In this document: positions 1 through 9,567 of the stretch, piece after piece | How positions within the stretch are numbered: the first letter of the stretch is position 1 | Layout of the letters: every line of letters begins with the position of its first letter | Assembly: GCA_016192425.1 (NCBI GenBank) | Contig: JACPUE010000066.1 | Coordinates: forward strand, 99,306-163,305 | Source of the DNA: Burkholderiales bacterium | Lineage (GTDB): Bacteria; Pseudomonadota; Gammaproteobacteria; Burkholderiales; Burkholderiaceae_C | Direction of reading: 5' to 3' | DNA length: 64,000 bases | Notes under the pieces: model-generated | Seen by the model: only the letters and a program-made list of their open reading frames with translations | Databases searched by the model: none | What the model was told of the DNA's origin: nothing | Translations under genes and position numbers: made by a program

Positions 1-839
1 CCAAGGACCGCATCCAGATGCGTTCGCTGACCGGCCCCAAGGCCAAGGATCAGCCTGCCGACCCCATCATCGTGCACCCCGACGTGCGCAAGATGCTGCT
101 CACTGCCAAGGCCTACGCCGAAGGCGGCCGCGCGCTGGAAACCTTCTGCGCCATGCTGCTGGAAAAAGAGCACCACCACCCCGACGAGAAGGTGCGCAAG
201 GACAGCGGCGATCTGCTCGCGCTGCTCACCCCCATTGCCAAGGCCTTCCTGACCGACAACGGCCACATCGCCACCAATGCCTGCATGCAGGTGTTCGGCG
301 GCCATGGCTTCATCAAGGAATGGGGCATGGAGCAGTATGTGCGCGACAACCGCATCAACATGATCTACGAAGGCACCAACACCATCCAGTCGCTCGACCT
401 GCTGGGCCGCAAGGTGCTGTCGAACAACGGCGCCACGCTGAAGAAGTTCGGCAAGCTGGTCGGCCAGCTGGTGGCCGAGGAAGGCGTGAACGAGAAGATG
501 GCCGAGTTCATCAACCCCATCGCCTACCTGGGCGACCAGATGACCAAGTTCACCACCGAGATCGGCTTCAAGGGCTTCCAGAACCCCGACGAAGTGGGCG
601 CCGCCGCCGTGGACTACCTGCGCGTGGCGGGCCACCTGGTGTTCGGCTACTTCTTTGCCCGCATGGCCCAGGTCGCGCTGCGCAAGATCGCAGAGGGCAA
701 CCAGGACCCGTTCTACCAGGCCAAGCTGCAGACGGCGCGCTTCTACTTCGCCAAGCTCTTCCCCGAGACGGCAACGGCCATGCGCACGGCCCGCACCGGC
801 AGCAAGGTGCTGATGGATACCGATCTGGCACTGGCATAA
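1..839 (+). CDS. acyl-CoA dehydrogenase, C-terminal part (5' end lies outside the window)
   Basis: The reading frame is open from base 3. The translation matches acyl-CoA dehydrogenase C-terminal helical domains (…IYEGTNTIQSLDLLGRKV…). Confidence 0.8.
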   Translation, partial: KDRIQMRSLTGPKAKDQPADPIIVHPDVRKMLLTAKAYAEGGRALETFCAMLLEKEHHHPDEKVRKDSGDLLALLTPIAKAFLTDNGHIATNACMQVFGGHGFIKEWGMEQYVRDNRINMIYEGTNTIQSLDLLGRKVLSNNGATLKKFGKLVGQLVAEEGVNEKMAEFINPIAYLGDQMTKFTTEIGFKGFQNPDEVGAAAVDYLRVAGHLVFGYFFARMAQVALRKIAEGNQDPFYQAKLQTARFYFAKLFPETATAMRTARTGSKVLMDTDLALA

Positions 840-868
840 ATTTATATATAAAAATCAAGGAGACGCCC

Positions 869-1306
869 ATGAATAAAGCGCTAGCAGCTATCATTTTTGC
901 AGTGACTTCCGCCCCTTCATGGGCACAGATGACGCCGGAAGGCCTGTGGCGCAACGTCGATGACAAAACCGGCGAGGCCAAGGCCGAAATCCGCATCCAG
1001 GCCAACAATGCGGGTGTGCTGACCGGCGCCATCGAAAAGCGCCTGAGCAAGGAAGCCAAGCCTGAGGACGTCTGCAAGGAATGCGATGACGACCGCAAGG
1101 GCAAGCCGCTCCTGGGCCTGGAGATCATCCGTGGCGCCAGGAAGGCCGATGGCAAGGACGTGTGGGAGGGCGGCAAGATTCTCGACCCCGAGAACGGCCG
1201 CAACTACACGCTGCGCCTCACGCCCATTGAGGGTGGCAAAAAGCTCGAAGTGCGCGGCTCCATTGCCTTCATCGGCCGCACGCAGACCTGGGTGCGGGTG
1301 CAGTAA
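869..1306 (+). CDS. DUF2147-like small secreted protein
   Basis: ATG at 869 preceded by an AAGGAG RBS. N-terminal signal peptide MNKALAAIIFAVTSAPSWAQ. Lys/Glu-rich mature part. Confidence 0.6.
   Translation: MNKALAAIIFAVTSAPSWAQMTPEGLWRNVDDKTGEAKAEIRIQANNAGVLTGAIEKRLSKEAKPEDVCKECDDDRKGKPLLGLEIIRGARKADGKDVWEGGKILDPENGRNYTLRLTPIEGGKKLEVRGSIAFIGRTQTWVRVQ
872..905 (+). repeat. AT-rich palindromic motif copy (AAGCGCTAGCAGCTATC-W5-…); intragenic, within a signal peptide
   Basis: AATAAAGCGCTAGCAGCTATCATTTTTGCAGTG. Confidence 0.6.
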
Positions 1307-1336
1307 GGCGCCCGCCGATCAACAAGGAATGAACCA

Positions 1337-3736
1337 ATGTCCCGATTTCAAGTGAAGAAAGTCGCCGTGCTCGGCGCTGGCGTGATGGGCGCGCAGATTG
1401 CCGCGCACCTGGTCAACGTCAAGGTGCCGGTGGTGCTGTTCGACCTGCCGGCCAAGGAAGGCCCCAAGAACGGCATCGTCACCAAGGCGATCGACAACCT
1501 CAAGAAGCTCAAGCCCGCACCGCTGGGCGTGGCCGAAGACGCCGCCCTGATCGGCCAGGCTAACTACGAAGAGCATCTGGAGCAGTTGCGCGATTGCGAC
1601 CTCATCATCGAGGCCATTGCAGAGCGCATGGACTGGAAGCTGGACCTGTACAAGAAGATCGCCCCCTTTGTCGGCGCGCAGACCATCGTTGCGTCCAACA
1701 CCTCGGGCCTGTCGATCACCAAGCTGTCCGAGGCGCTGCCCGATGCCATCAAGCCGCGCTTCTGCGGCATCCACTTCTTCAACCCGCCGCGCTACATGGC
1801 GCTGGTGGAACTGATCAACACCCCCACCACCGAGGCGCGCTACCTCGATGCGCTCGAAGCCTTTGTCACCAGCACGCTGGGCAAGGGCGTGGTGCGCGCC
1901 AAGGATTCGCCCAACTTCATCGCCAACCGCGTGGGCATCGCAGGCATGCTGGCCACGATGAAAGAGGTCGAGAACTTCGGCCTGAGCTACGACGTGGTCG
2001 ATGACCTCACCGGCAAGAAGCTGGGCCGCGCGTCGAGCGGCACCTTCCGCACCGCCGATGTGGTGGGCCTGGACACCATGGCCCACGTCATCAAGACGCT
2101 GCAGGACACGCTCTCGGCCGAGACCGACCCCTTCTACGCCAGCTTCGCCACGCCTGAAGTGCTCAAGACCCTGCTGGAAATGGGCAACCTGGGCCAGAAG
2201 ACCAAGGCCGGCTTCTTCAAGAAGGTGGGCCGTGACGTGCTGCGCTTCGACTTGGGCGAAAAGGACTATGTGCCCGCAGGCCAGAAGGCCGACGAGGTCT
2301 ATGCCCGCATGCTCAAGAAGCCCGCGGCCGAGCGCCTGAAGCTCCTGCGCAATGCCGAGGGCGCGCAAGGCCAGTTCCTGTGGGCCATCCTGCGCAACAG
2401 CTTCCACTACGCTGCCGTGCACCTGGCATCGATCGCCGACAACGCCCGCGATGTGGACTTCTGCATGCGCTGGGGCTTTGGCATGAAGCAGGGCCCCTTC
2501 GAGCTGTGGCAAGAAGCTGGCTGGCTGGAAGTCGCCAAGATGGTCCAGGAAGACATCGACGCTGGCAAGGCGCTGTGCAAGGCACCGCTGCCCGAGTGGG
2601 TGTTCAAGGGCCCCGTGGCCGAGCGCGGCGGTGTGCACCAGCCCGAAGGCTCGTTCAACCCCACCACCGGCCAGTTCGTGGCACCGCGCAGCCTGCCGGT
2701 GTATGCACGCCAGCATTTCCCCGAGAGCGTGCTGGGCGCCAACGCCCCCAGCGCCAAGACGGCAGGCACCACGCTGTTCGAGGACGAATCCATCCGCCTG
2801 TGGACGCTGGACGAGGCGGTGCTCATCGCCTCCATCAAAACCAAGATGCATGCCATCGGCGGCGGCGTGATCGAGGGCCTGCTCAAGGCCCAGGCCATGG
2901 CCGAGGAAAGCTACCAGGGCCTGGTGGTCTGGTCGCCGGACGAGATGTTCTCTGCCGGTGCCGACCTGCAGTCCATGCTGCCCGCCTTCATGATGGGCGG
3001 CTCCAAGGCTGTGGAAGGTGCCGAGGCCGAGCTGCAGAAAGCCATGCTGGCGCTGCGCTACTCCAACGTGCCCGTGGTGTCCGCCATCCGCGGCATCGCC
3101 CTGGGCGGCGGCTGTGAGCTGGCCATCTATTCGAGCAAGCGCGTGGCGGCCATGGAAAGCTACATCGGCCTGGTCGAAGTGGGCGTGGGCCTGGTGCCCG
3201 GCGCGGGCGGCCTGACCTACATCGCCCGCCGCGCGGCCGAGAACATGGCCTTGTCCACCTCCAAGGACGTGCTGCCCTTCCTGACCGAAGGCTTCACCGC
3301 TGCGGCCATGGCCAAGGTGGGCACCAGCGCGCTGGAGTCGCGCAAGCTCGGCTACCTGCTGGAGAGCGACGTGGTCGTGGCGCACAAGGACGAGCTGCTG
3401 TTCGTTGCCATCAACGAGGCCAAGGCCCTGTTTGCCAGCGGCTACCGTGCGCCGCACAAGCGCCTGTTCCCCGTGGCAGGCCGCAGCGGCATTGCCACCA
3501 TCAAGGCGCAACTGGTCAACATGCGCGACGGCGGCTTCATCAGCGCGCACGACTTCCACATTGCCAGCCTGATCGCAGGCGTGGTCTGCGGTGGCGAGGT
3601 GGAGGCCGGCACCCTGGTGAACGAGGAATACCTCATGGCGCTGGAGCGCAAGGCCTTCTGCAGCCTGCTCGACCACCCCAAGACCCAGGAACGCATCATG
3701 GGCATGCTGTCCACCGGCAAGCCTGTGCGCAACTGA
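1337..3736 (+). CDS. fadB: fatty-acid oxidation multifunctional enzyme with reversed domain order (N-terminal 3-hydroxyacyl-CoA dehydrogenase, C-terminal enoyl-CoA hydratase)
   Basis: 799 aa. N-terminal Rossmann motif VAVLGAGVMGAQIA and 3HCDH motifs. C-terminal crotonase fold (…ALGGGCELAIY…). Confidence 0.85.
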   Translation: MSRFQVKKVAVLGAGVMGAQIAAHLVNVKVPVVLFDLPAKEGPKNGIVTKAIDNLKKLKPAPLGVAEDAALIGQANYEEHLEQLRDCDLIIEAIAERMDWKLDLYKKIAPFVGAQTIVASNTSGLSITKLSEALPDAIKPRFCGIHFFNPPRYMALVELINTPTTEARYLDALEAFVTSTLGKGVVRAKDSPNFIANRVGIAGMLATMKEVENFGLSYDVVDDLTGKKLGRASSGTFRTADVVGLDTMAHVIKTLQDTLSAETDPFYASFATPEVLKTLLEMGNLGQKTKAGFFKKVGRDVLRFDLGEKDYVPAGQKADEVYARMLKKPAAERLKLLRNAEGAQGQFLWAILRNSFHYAAVHLASIADNARDVDFCMRWGFGMKQGPFELWQEAGWLEVAKMVQEDIDAGKALCKAPLPEWVFKGPVAERGGVHQPEGSFNPTTGQFVAPRSLPVYARQHFPESVLGANAPSAKTAGTTLFEDESIRLWTLDEAVLIASIKTKMHAIGGGVIEGLLKAQAMAEESYQGLVVWSPDEMFSAGADLQSMLPAFMMGGSKAVEGAEAELQKAMLALRYSNVPVVSAIRGIALGGGCELAIYSSKRVAAMESYIGLVEVGVGLVPGAGGLTYIARRAAENMALSTSKDVLPFLTEGFTAAAMAKVGTSALESRKLGYLLESDVVVAHKDELLFVAINEAKALFASGYRAPHKRLFPVAGRSGIATIKAQLVNMRDGGFISAHDFHIASLIAGVVCGGEVEAGTLVNEEYLMALERKAFCSLLDHPKTQERIMGMLSTGKPVRN

Positions 3737-3737
3737 C

Positions 3738-4298
3738 ATGAACGCTGTAGCCACCCATTCCACCGCGCGGCCCAACCGGCTGGCCCGCACCATGGGTCAG
3801 CTCGACCGGGTGCCCGCCGTGGTGCGGCCCTGGGCGCGCAACCTGGTGCTGCGCCGCGCCGTGCCCTTCACCGGCACGGCAGGCCTGCAGTACCTGGAGC
3901 TCACGCCCCAGCGCGTGGAAGTGGCCGTGGCCAACCAGCGCCGGGTGCAGAACCATATCCACGGCGTGCATGCCGCCGCCATGACGCTGCTGGCCGAAAC
4001 CGCCACCGGCATGGTGGTGGGCATGAACGTGCGTGACGACTGCCTGCCCCTGGCCAAGGAGCTGCGCGTGGCCTTCAAGCGGCGCGCCCAGGGCGCCCTG
4101 CGCGCAGTGGCCACGCTCACCGACGAGCAGCGCGCGCTCATGCAGCAAAGCGACAAGGGCGAAGTCACCGTGGCCGTGCAGGTGAGCGACGAATCCGGCG
4201 CGCAGCCCATCGAGTGCGAATTCATCTGGGCCTGGGTGCCCGCCAGCAAGAGCAAAACCAGTGCCCCGGCGGCCCCTGCCGCCACACCCCAAAGGTAA
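3738..4298 (+). CDS. hotdog-fold thioesterase-like protein (DUF4442/YiiD_C-like)
   Basis: 186 aa. Lies between fadB and the thiolase gene. Composition is hotdog-like. Confidence 0.45.
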   Translation: MNAVATHSTARPNRLARTMGQLDRVPAVVRPWARNLVLRRAVPFTGTAGLQYLELTPQRVEVAVANQRRVQNHIHGVHAAAMTLLAETATGMVVGMNVRDDCLPLAKELRVAFKRRAQGALRAVATLTDEQRALMQQSDKGEVTVAVQVSDESGAQPIECEFIWAWVPASKSKTSAPAAPAATPQR

Positions 4299-4308
4299 GG
4301 ATCCCATC

Positions 4309-5502
4309 ATGAAACAAGTCCAAGACGCCTACATCGTTGCCGCCACGCGCACGCCCATCGGGCGTTCGGGCCGCGGCTATTTCCGCAGCACCCGTCCTGA
4401 CGAGCTGCTGGTCGCTGCCATCAAGAGCGCCATGCTGCAAGTCCCCACGCTGGACCCCAAGGCGATTGAAGACGCCATCATCGGCTGCTCTTTCCCCGAA
4501 GGCGAGCAGGGCATGAACATGGCGCGCATCGCCGTGGGCCTGGCGTTCGACCACCCGGTGGGCGGCGTCACCGTCAACCGCTTTTGCGCTTCGGGCGTCA
4601 CGGCCATCCAGATGGCCGCCGACCGCATCCGCGTGGGCGAGGCCGACGTGATGATCGCTGGCGGTGCCGAATCCATGAGCATGGTGCCCATGGGTGGTGG
4701 CAAGCCCTCGTTCAATCCCGCCATTTTTGAGCGCGACGAGAACGTGGGCATCGCCTACGGCATGGGCCTGACGGCCGAGAAGGTGGCCCAGCAGTGGAAG
4801 GTGACGCGCGAGATGCAGGACGCCTTCGCGCTGGAGTCGCACCTGCGCGCCATCAAGGCGCAGCAGGCGGGCGAATTCACCGACGAAATCACCCCCTTCG
4901 ACGTGATCGAGCGCACGCCCGACCTGGCCACTGGTGAAGTCATCACCAAGACCCGCACCGTCAGCCTGGACGAAGGCCCGCGCCCCGATACCTCGCTCGA
5001 AGGCCTGGCCAAGCTCAAGCCGGTGTTCGCCGCGCGCGGCAGCGTGACGGCTGGCAACAGCTCGCAGACCAGCGACGGCGCAGGCGCGCTGATCCTGGCC
5101 AGCGAGAAGGCCGTCAAGCAGTTCGGCCTCACGCCGCTGGCGCGTTTCGTGAGCTACGCCGCACGCGGCGTGCCGCCCGAGATCATGGGCATCGGCCCCA
5201 TCGAGGCCATTCCCGCCGCGCTGCGCTACGCCGGCCTCAAGCACGAGGACATCGGCTGGTTCGAGCTGAACGAAGCCTTCGCCGCCCAGTCGCTCGCCGT
5301 GGTCAACACCCTGGGCCTGGATCCCGCCAAGGTCAACCCCATGGGCGGCGCCATCGCCCTGGGCCACCCGCTGGGCGCTACCGGTGCTATCCGCGCCGCC
5401 ACCGTGGTGCACGCACTGCGCCGCCACAAGCTGAAGTACGGCATGGTGACCATGTGCGTGGGCACGGGCCAGGGTGCAGCAGGAATCTTTGAAGCGCTGT
5501 AA
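4309..5502 (+). CDS. fadA: acetyl-CoA C-acyltransferase / 3-ketoacyl-CoA thiolase
   Basis: The MKQVQDAYIVAATRTPIGR… N-terminus and the C-terminal GLATMCVGTGQGAA-type motif are diagnostic of a thiolase. RBS AAGGTAAGGA. Confidence 0.9.
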   Translation: MKQVQDAYIVAATRTPIGRSGRGYFRSTRPDELLVAAIKSAMLQVPTLDPKAIEDAIIGCSFPEGEQGMNMARIAVGLAFDHPVGGVTVNRFCASGVTAIQMAADRIRVGEADVMIAGGAESMSMVPMGGGKPSFNPAIFERDENVGIAYGMGLTAEKVAQQWKVTREMQDAFALESHLRAIKAQQAGEFTDEITPFDVIERTPDLATGEVITKTRTVSLDEGPRPDTSLEGLAKLKPVFAARGSVTAGNSSQTSDGAGALILASEKAVKQFGLTPLARFVSYAARGVPPEIMGIGPIEAIPAALRYAGLKHEDIGWFELNEAFAAQSLAVVNTLGLDPAKVNPMGGAIALGHPLGATGAIRAATVVHALRRHKLKYGMVTMCVGTGQGAAGIFEAL

Positions 5503-5544
5503 TCGGGTACTGCGCGGGCAACCGCGCGCAGCCCGTGCCACTGG

Positions 5545-5662
5545 CGCGGCCTGAGCCAGGGCCACCGCGCAAGGGCCGCCCCGCAGCGCTGGTGGCGTCC
5601 CCCTTCCCGGCTCGCGCAGCGAGGCGAGAGAAGGGGGAAGGCGCGTAGCGCCACAGGGGGTT
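5545..5662 (-). repeat. REP-like ~125-bp GC-rich hairpin repeat, copy 1 (inverted orientation)
   Basis: Reverse complement matches the other copies: …CCCCCTG.GGCGCT.CGCGCCTTCCCCC…GGGAAGGGGGACGCCACCAGCGC…GGCCCTTGCGCGGTGGCCCTGG. Confidence 0.8.
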
Positions 5663-5714
5663 GTTGTCTATTTTCAAGCTGGCGCAGACCAGCGTGATCG
5701 ACAGGAGACACAGC

Positions 5715-6587
5715 ATGAACAAGCAGACCTTGCGGGTCGATGAAGGCGCCAGCGTGGCGCTGTGCGTGTTCGAGCCCGCAGGCGCGGCGCGCGCCAGCGT
5801 GGTCATCGGCGGGGCCATGGGGGTGCGGCAGGACTACTACGCATCGTTCGCCCAGTGGCTCGCGCAGCAGGGCTTTCGCGTCACCACCTTTGACTACCGG
5901 GGCCATGGCGATTCGCTCGTGGGCCCGATGCGCGAGGTGCGCGCCGACCTGTTCGATTGGGCGCGCGACTACGAGGCCGTGATTGCCGCCGCGCGTGTGG
6001 CACTGCCCGGGCAACCCCTGTACCTGCTGGGCCACAGCCTGGGCGCGCAACTGCCCGGCCTGCTGCGCAACCCCGGCCAGGTGGACGGCCTGCTCAGCGT
6101 GGCCGCGGGCAGCGGCTACTGGCGCGACAACGCGCCACGCCTCAAGCGCATGGTGCCGTACTTCTGGTGGGTGCTGGTGCCGCTGGCCACGCGCCTGTAT
6201 GGCTACTTCCCGGGCCGCAAGTTGCGCAAGGTGGGCGACCTGCCCGCAGGCGTGATCCTGCAATGGCGCCGCTGGTGCCTCAACCCCACCTACAGCGTGG
6301 GCGCCGAAGGGCCCGAGGTGGCGCAGCGCTACAGCGCGGTGCGCTTTCCGGTGCTGGCGCTGTCGATGAGCGACGACGAACTCATGACGCTGCGGGGCAC
6401 GCACGCCCTCGTCAACCTCTACAGCAACGCGCCCACGCGCGTCGAGCGCATTGCGCCGCAGGACGTGAAGGCGCTGCGCATCGGGCATTTCGGCTTTTTC
6501 CGCGAGCAGTTCCGTCAGACGCTGTGGCCGCGTGCGGTGGCCGACCTGGGGGCCCTGGCCCATCCGGCGGCGCAGTCGCCGGCATGA
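5715..6587 (+). CDS. alpha/beta-fold hydrolase
   Basis: GHSLG nucleophile elbow. AGGAGA RBS at 5703–5708. Confidence 0.7.
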   Translation: MNKQTLRVDEGASVALCVFEPAGAARASVVIGGAMGVRQDYYASFAQWLAQQGFRVTTFDYRGHGDSLVGPMREVRADLFDWARDYEAVIAAARVALPGQPLYLLGHSLGAQLPGLLRNPGQVDGLLSVAAGSGYWRDNAPRLKRMVPYFWWVLVPLATRLYGYFPGRKLRKVGDLPAGVILQWRRWCLNPTYSVGAEGPEVAQRYSAVRFPVLALSMSDDELMTLRGTHALVNLYSNAPTRVERIAPQDVKALRIGHFGFFREQFRQTLWPRAVADLGALAHPAAQSPA

Positions 6588-6623
6588 CGGTGGACAGGCG
6601 CATTTCACGGCACACTGGACACC

Positions 6624-7448
6624 ATGACGACACCGCATTCCTTTGACCAGGCCCTGGTGCTCGACACCTTGGCCGAGGGCCACTACCGGGGCCAGACACA
6701 CCCAGCCTACTGGAACATGGTCGGGCCGTTCGGCGGCATCACCGCAGCCACGGCGCTGCGCGCCATTCTGTCGCACCCCCGGCTGCTGGGCGAGCCACTG
6801 TCGCTCACGGTCAACTACGCCGGGGCTCCCACCACCGGGCCGTTCACGGTCGATGCCACGCCGGTGCGCACCAACCGATCGACCCAACACTGGAACGTGT
6901 CCATCGTGCAGGCCGGTGCGGACGGCGAGCCCGTGGTCACCACCACGGCCACGGCGGTCACGGCGGCGCGCCGCGACACCTGGAGCCTGGCCGACATGCC
7001 CATGCCCGAGGTGCCCCGGCCCGACACGCTGCCGCCCGTGCCGCCGGTGCCGGGCGTCGAATGGTTCAACCGCTACGACCTGCGGCCCGTGGCCGGTGCC
7101 CTGCCCCGGCAGTGGAACGGCCAGGGCGACAGCAGCCTCACGCAGCTGTGGATGCGCAACACGCCCGAGCGTGCACTGGACTTCTGCGGACTGGCGGCGC
7201 TGGCCGACGTGTTCTTTCCGCGCGTATGGCTGCGCCGCGCCGTGCATGTGCCCGCGGGTACCGTGTCCATCACGGTGTACTTCCATGCCAGCGCGCCGCA
7301 ACTGCAGGCCACAGGCACGGGCTACGTGCTGGGCCAGGCGCGCGCGCAGGAATTTCGCAACGGCTTTTTCGACCAGACCGCCCAGCTGTGGAACGAGGCG
7401 GGCACCATGCTCGCCACCAGCCACCAGATCGTCTATTACAAAGAATGA
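6624..7448 (+). CDS. tesB: acyl-CoA thioesterase II (TesB-like)
   Basis: 274 aa with a double hotdog architecture. N-terminus is typical of TesB. Confidence 0.7.
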   Translation: MTTPHSFDQALVLDTLAEGHYRGQTHPAYWNMVGPFGGITAATALRAILSHPRLLGEPLSLTVNYAGAPTTGPFTVDATPVRTNRSTQHWNVSIVQAGADGEPVVTTTATAVTAARRDTWSLADMPMPEVPRPDTLPPVPPVPGVEWFNRYDLRPVAGALPRQWNGQGDSSLTQLWMRNTPERALDFCGLAALADVFFPRVWLRRAVHVPAGTVSITVYFHASAPQLQATGTGYVLGQARAQEFRNGFFDQTAQLWNEAGTMLATSHQIVYYKE

Positions 7449-7477
7449 GGGCCAGCGCGCCCTCGCAAGGATTTCCC

Positions 7478-8254
7478 ATGAGCGAACCGCAGAACGACAT
7501 CCTCGTGCACGCCGATGCAGGCGTCATGACCCTGACCTTCCACCGCGTGGACAAGAAGAACTCCATCACCCGCGCCATGTATGCGGCGCTGGCCGATGCG
7601 CTGGAAGCCGCAGCGCAGGACGCCAGCGTGCGCGTGGTGGTGCTGCAGGGCGACCCCACGGTCTTCAGCGCGGGCAACGACATTGGCGACTTCCTGCAGC
7701 AGCCACCGTCCTCGCAGGATTCGCCGGTGTTCCGCTTCCTGCGTGCCATTGCCAGCTTTCCCAAGCCCGTGGTCGCCGCCGTGTGCGGCCCGGCCGTGGG
7801 CATCGGCACGACCATGCTGTTCCACTGTGACCTGGTTTATGCGGGGGACAACGCGGCGTTTTCCATGCCCTTCGTCAACCTGGGCCTGTGCCCCGAGGCA
7901 GCGTCCAGCCTGCTGGCGCCCCAGTTGCTGGGCTACCACCGCGCCGCAGAGGCGCTGCTGCTGGGCGAGCCCTTCATGGCCGAGGCGGCGCTGGAGGTTG
8001 GGCTGGTCAACCGTGTGGTGCCGCCCACCGAATGCAACGCCGTGGCACAGGCGCAGGCGCGCAAGCTGGCCGCCAAGCCGCTGTCCGCCCTCGTCGAGAC
8101 CAAGCGCCTGATGAAGCTGGGGCAGACGGCCCCCGTGCTCGAACGCATGGCCACCGAGGGCGAGAGCTTCGGCCGCATGCTGGGGGAGCCCGCCGCCCGC
8201 GAAGCCTTCACCGCCTTCATGCAAAAGCGCAGGCCAGACTTCAGCCAGTGCTGA
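7478..8254 (+). CDS. enoyl-CoA hydratase/isomerase family protein
   Basis: Crotonase fold, including the FSAGNDIGDF motif. Confidence 0.8.
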   Translation: MSEPQNDILVHADAGVMTLTFHRVDKKNSITRAMYAALADALEAAAQDASVRVVVLQGDPTVFSAGNDIGDFLQQPPSSQDSPVFRFLRAIASFPKPVVAAVCGPAVGIGTTMLFHCDLVYAGDNAAFSMPFVNLGLCPEAASSLLAPQLLGYHRAAEALLLGEPFMAEAALEVGLVNRVVPPTECNAVAQAQARKLAAKPLSALVETKRLMKLGQTAPVLERMATEGESFGRMLGEPAAREAFTAFMQKRRPDFSQC

Positions 8255-8287
8255 AGGTTTTTGAACAAATTGGCCTCTGGGGCCCGT

Positions 8288-8326
8288 CAATAAAGCGTAA
8301 GCAGCTATCAAAATAATAGCAATTGC
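8288..8326 (+). repeat. AT-rich palindromic motif copy (intergenic)
   Basis: CAATAAAGCGTAAGCAGCTATCAAAATAATAGCAATTGC. Confidence 0.7.
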
Positions 8327-8353
8327 ATCATCAGGCACACGCCCGGCACTTCC

Positions 8354-8836
8354 ATGACCAAATCCGCCACCGCCCCGCAGCCGTTCGAGCCCGAGTTCAT
8401 CGCCGGACTCAAGGCGATTTTTGAAGAGCGCATCCTGTTCAATCAGATGCTGGGCCTGAAGATCGAGCGCCTGGAGCCCGAGCTGGTGGTGGGCCGCATC
8501 GACATGAAGCCCGATCTGGTGGGGCACTTTGCGTACAACCGCCTCCACGGCGGCGTCATCAGCGCCGGGCTGGACGCCATGGGCGGGCTGGCGGTGATGG
8601 CCGCCATCGGTGCCCGCCACATGGACGAAGAGCCCCTGCAGCGCCTGCACCGCTTTGCCAAGCTGGGCACCATAGACTTGCGCATCGACTACCTGCGCCC
8701 CGGCATCGGCAGCCATTTCGAACTGCGCGCCGAGGTGCTGCGCCTGGGCTCGCGCGTGGCCACCACGCGCATGGAGTTTTTGGGTGCCGACGGCAAACTG
8801 CTGTCTTCGGGCGCGGCGGCGTACATCGTGTCCTGA
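8354..8836 (+). CDS. PaaI-family hotdog thioesterase
   Basis: 160 aa. The …HGGVISAGLDAMGGLAV… stretch is typical of 4HBT/PaaI. Confidence 0.6.
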   Translation: MTKSATAPQPFEPEFIAGLKAIFEERILFNQMLGLKIERLEPELVVGRIDMKPDLVGHFAYNRLHGGVISAGLDAMGGLAVMAAIGARHMDEEPLQRLHRFAKLGTIDLRIDYLRPGIGSHFELRAEVLRLGSRVATTRMEFLGADGKLLSSGAAAYIVS

Positions 8837-8974
8837 CCCCGCCACAACTGTATGGGGCTGCAAGCGTTGCAAGTGCATGCAACGCCTGAACCACCTGGTT
8901 ACCGATCTTGCGCAATGCGCGGTGTTTTACCGGCGCGTGGCTCCTACGATGGACTTTTGTCCCAAGGAGAAACG

Positions 8975-9508
8975 ATGGCCGTGCAAAACCCCTTCTTCGG
9001 CAGGCGCGAACCCGACGCCCTGGTCCCCCGCTCACCCTCCACGGCGCAGCAGCACCACGGCAACGGCGCAGCACAGCCCACCAGCGCCGCAGCCCCCGCA
9101 CCGCTTTCCAGCAGTGTCCCCAAAAGCAGTACCGAGCCCGCAGGCAGCAAGCTCACCGTCGGCCCCAACATCAAGCTCAAGGGCGTGGAAATCACCGACT
9201 GCGACACCCTGGTCGTGGAGGGCACGGTCGAGGCCACCATGGATTCGCGCGTGATCCAGATCGCCGAGCAAGGCGCGTTCCGTGGCGCGGCAGAGATCGA
9301 CATCGCCGAGATCCGGGGCGAGTTCAGCGGCACGCTCACGGCACGCCACAAGCTCGTCATCCACGGTACCGGCAAGGTCAGCGGCAAGGTGCGCTACGGC
9401 AAGCTGGTGATCGAGGAGGGCGGCCAGCTCAGCGGCGAGGTGGAAATGGGCACCGGCGCCGCCCTGGCACGTGCCCGCCCTGAGCCTGCCAGCGTCCTGG
9501 CGGCGTGA
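8975..9508 (+). CDS. bactofilin (polymer-forming cytoskeletal protein)
   Basis: RBS AAGGAGA. Beta-helical repeats such as TLVVEGTVEATMDSRVIQIAEQGAFRGAAEIDIAEIRGEFSGTL. Confidence 0.7.
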   Translation: MAVQNPFFGRREPDALVPRSPSTAQQHHGNGAAQPTSAAAPAPLSSSVPKSSTEPAGSKLTVGPNIKLKGVEITDCDTLVVEGTVEATMDSRVIQIAEQGAFRGAAEIDIAEIRGEFSGTLTARHKLVIHGTGKVSGKVRYGKLVIEEGGQLSGEVEMGTGAALARARPEPASVLAA

Positions 9509-9518
9509 GGAGGTTTTT

Positions 9519-9536
9519 GCCAAGCATTTGCTTGCT
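9519..9536. promoter_or_regulatory. palindromic candidate TetR operator
   Basis: CAAGCA-TT-TGCTTG perfect inverted repeat 30 bp upstream of the TetR start. Confidence 0.4.
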
Positions 9537-9567
9537 GAAATCCTGAAACCCGGCTAAGGTGCCGGGC

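Noticed and set aside
1319-3793. 824-aa minus-strand ORF antisense to fadB. Similar long antisense ORFs at 5226–7424, 7436–8878, 38513–39940, 39930–41813 and 49879–52737.
   Set aside because: High-GC genomes produce long stop-free antisense frames. The sense strand carries clear, alignable homologues, while the antisense translations are Arg/Ala/Gly-rich low-complexity.
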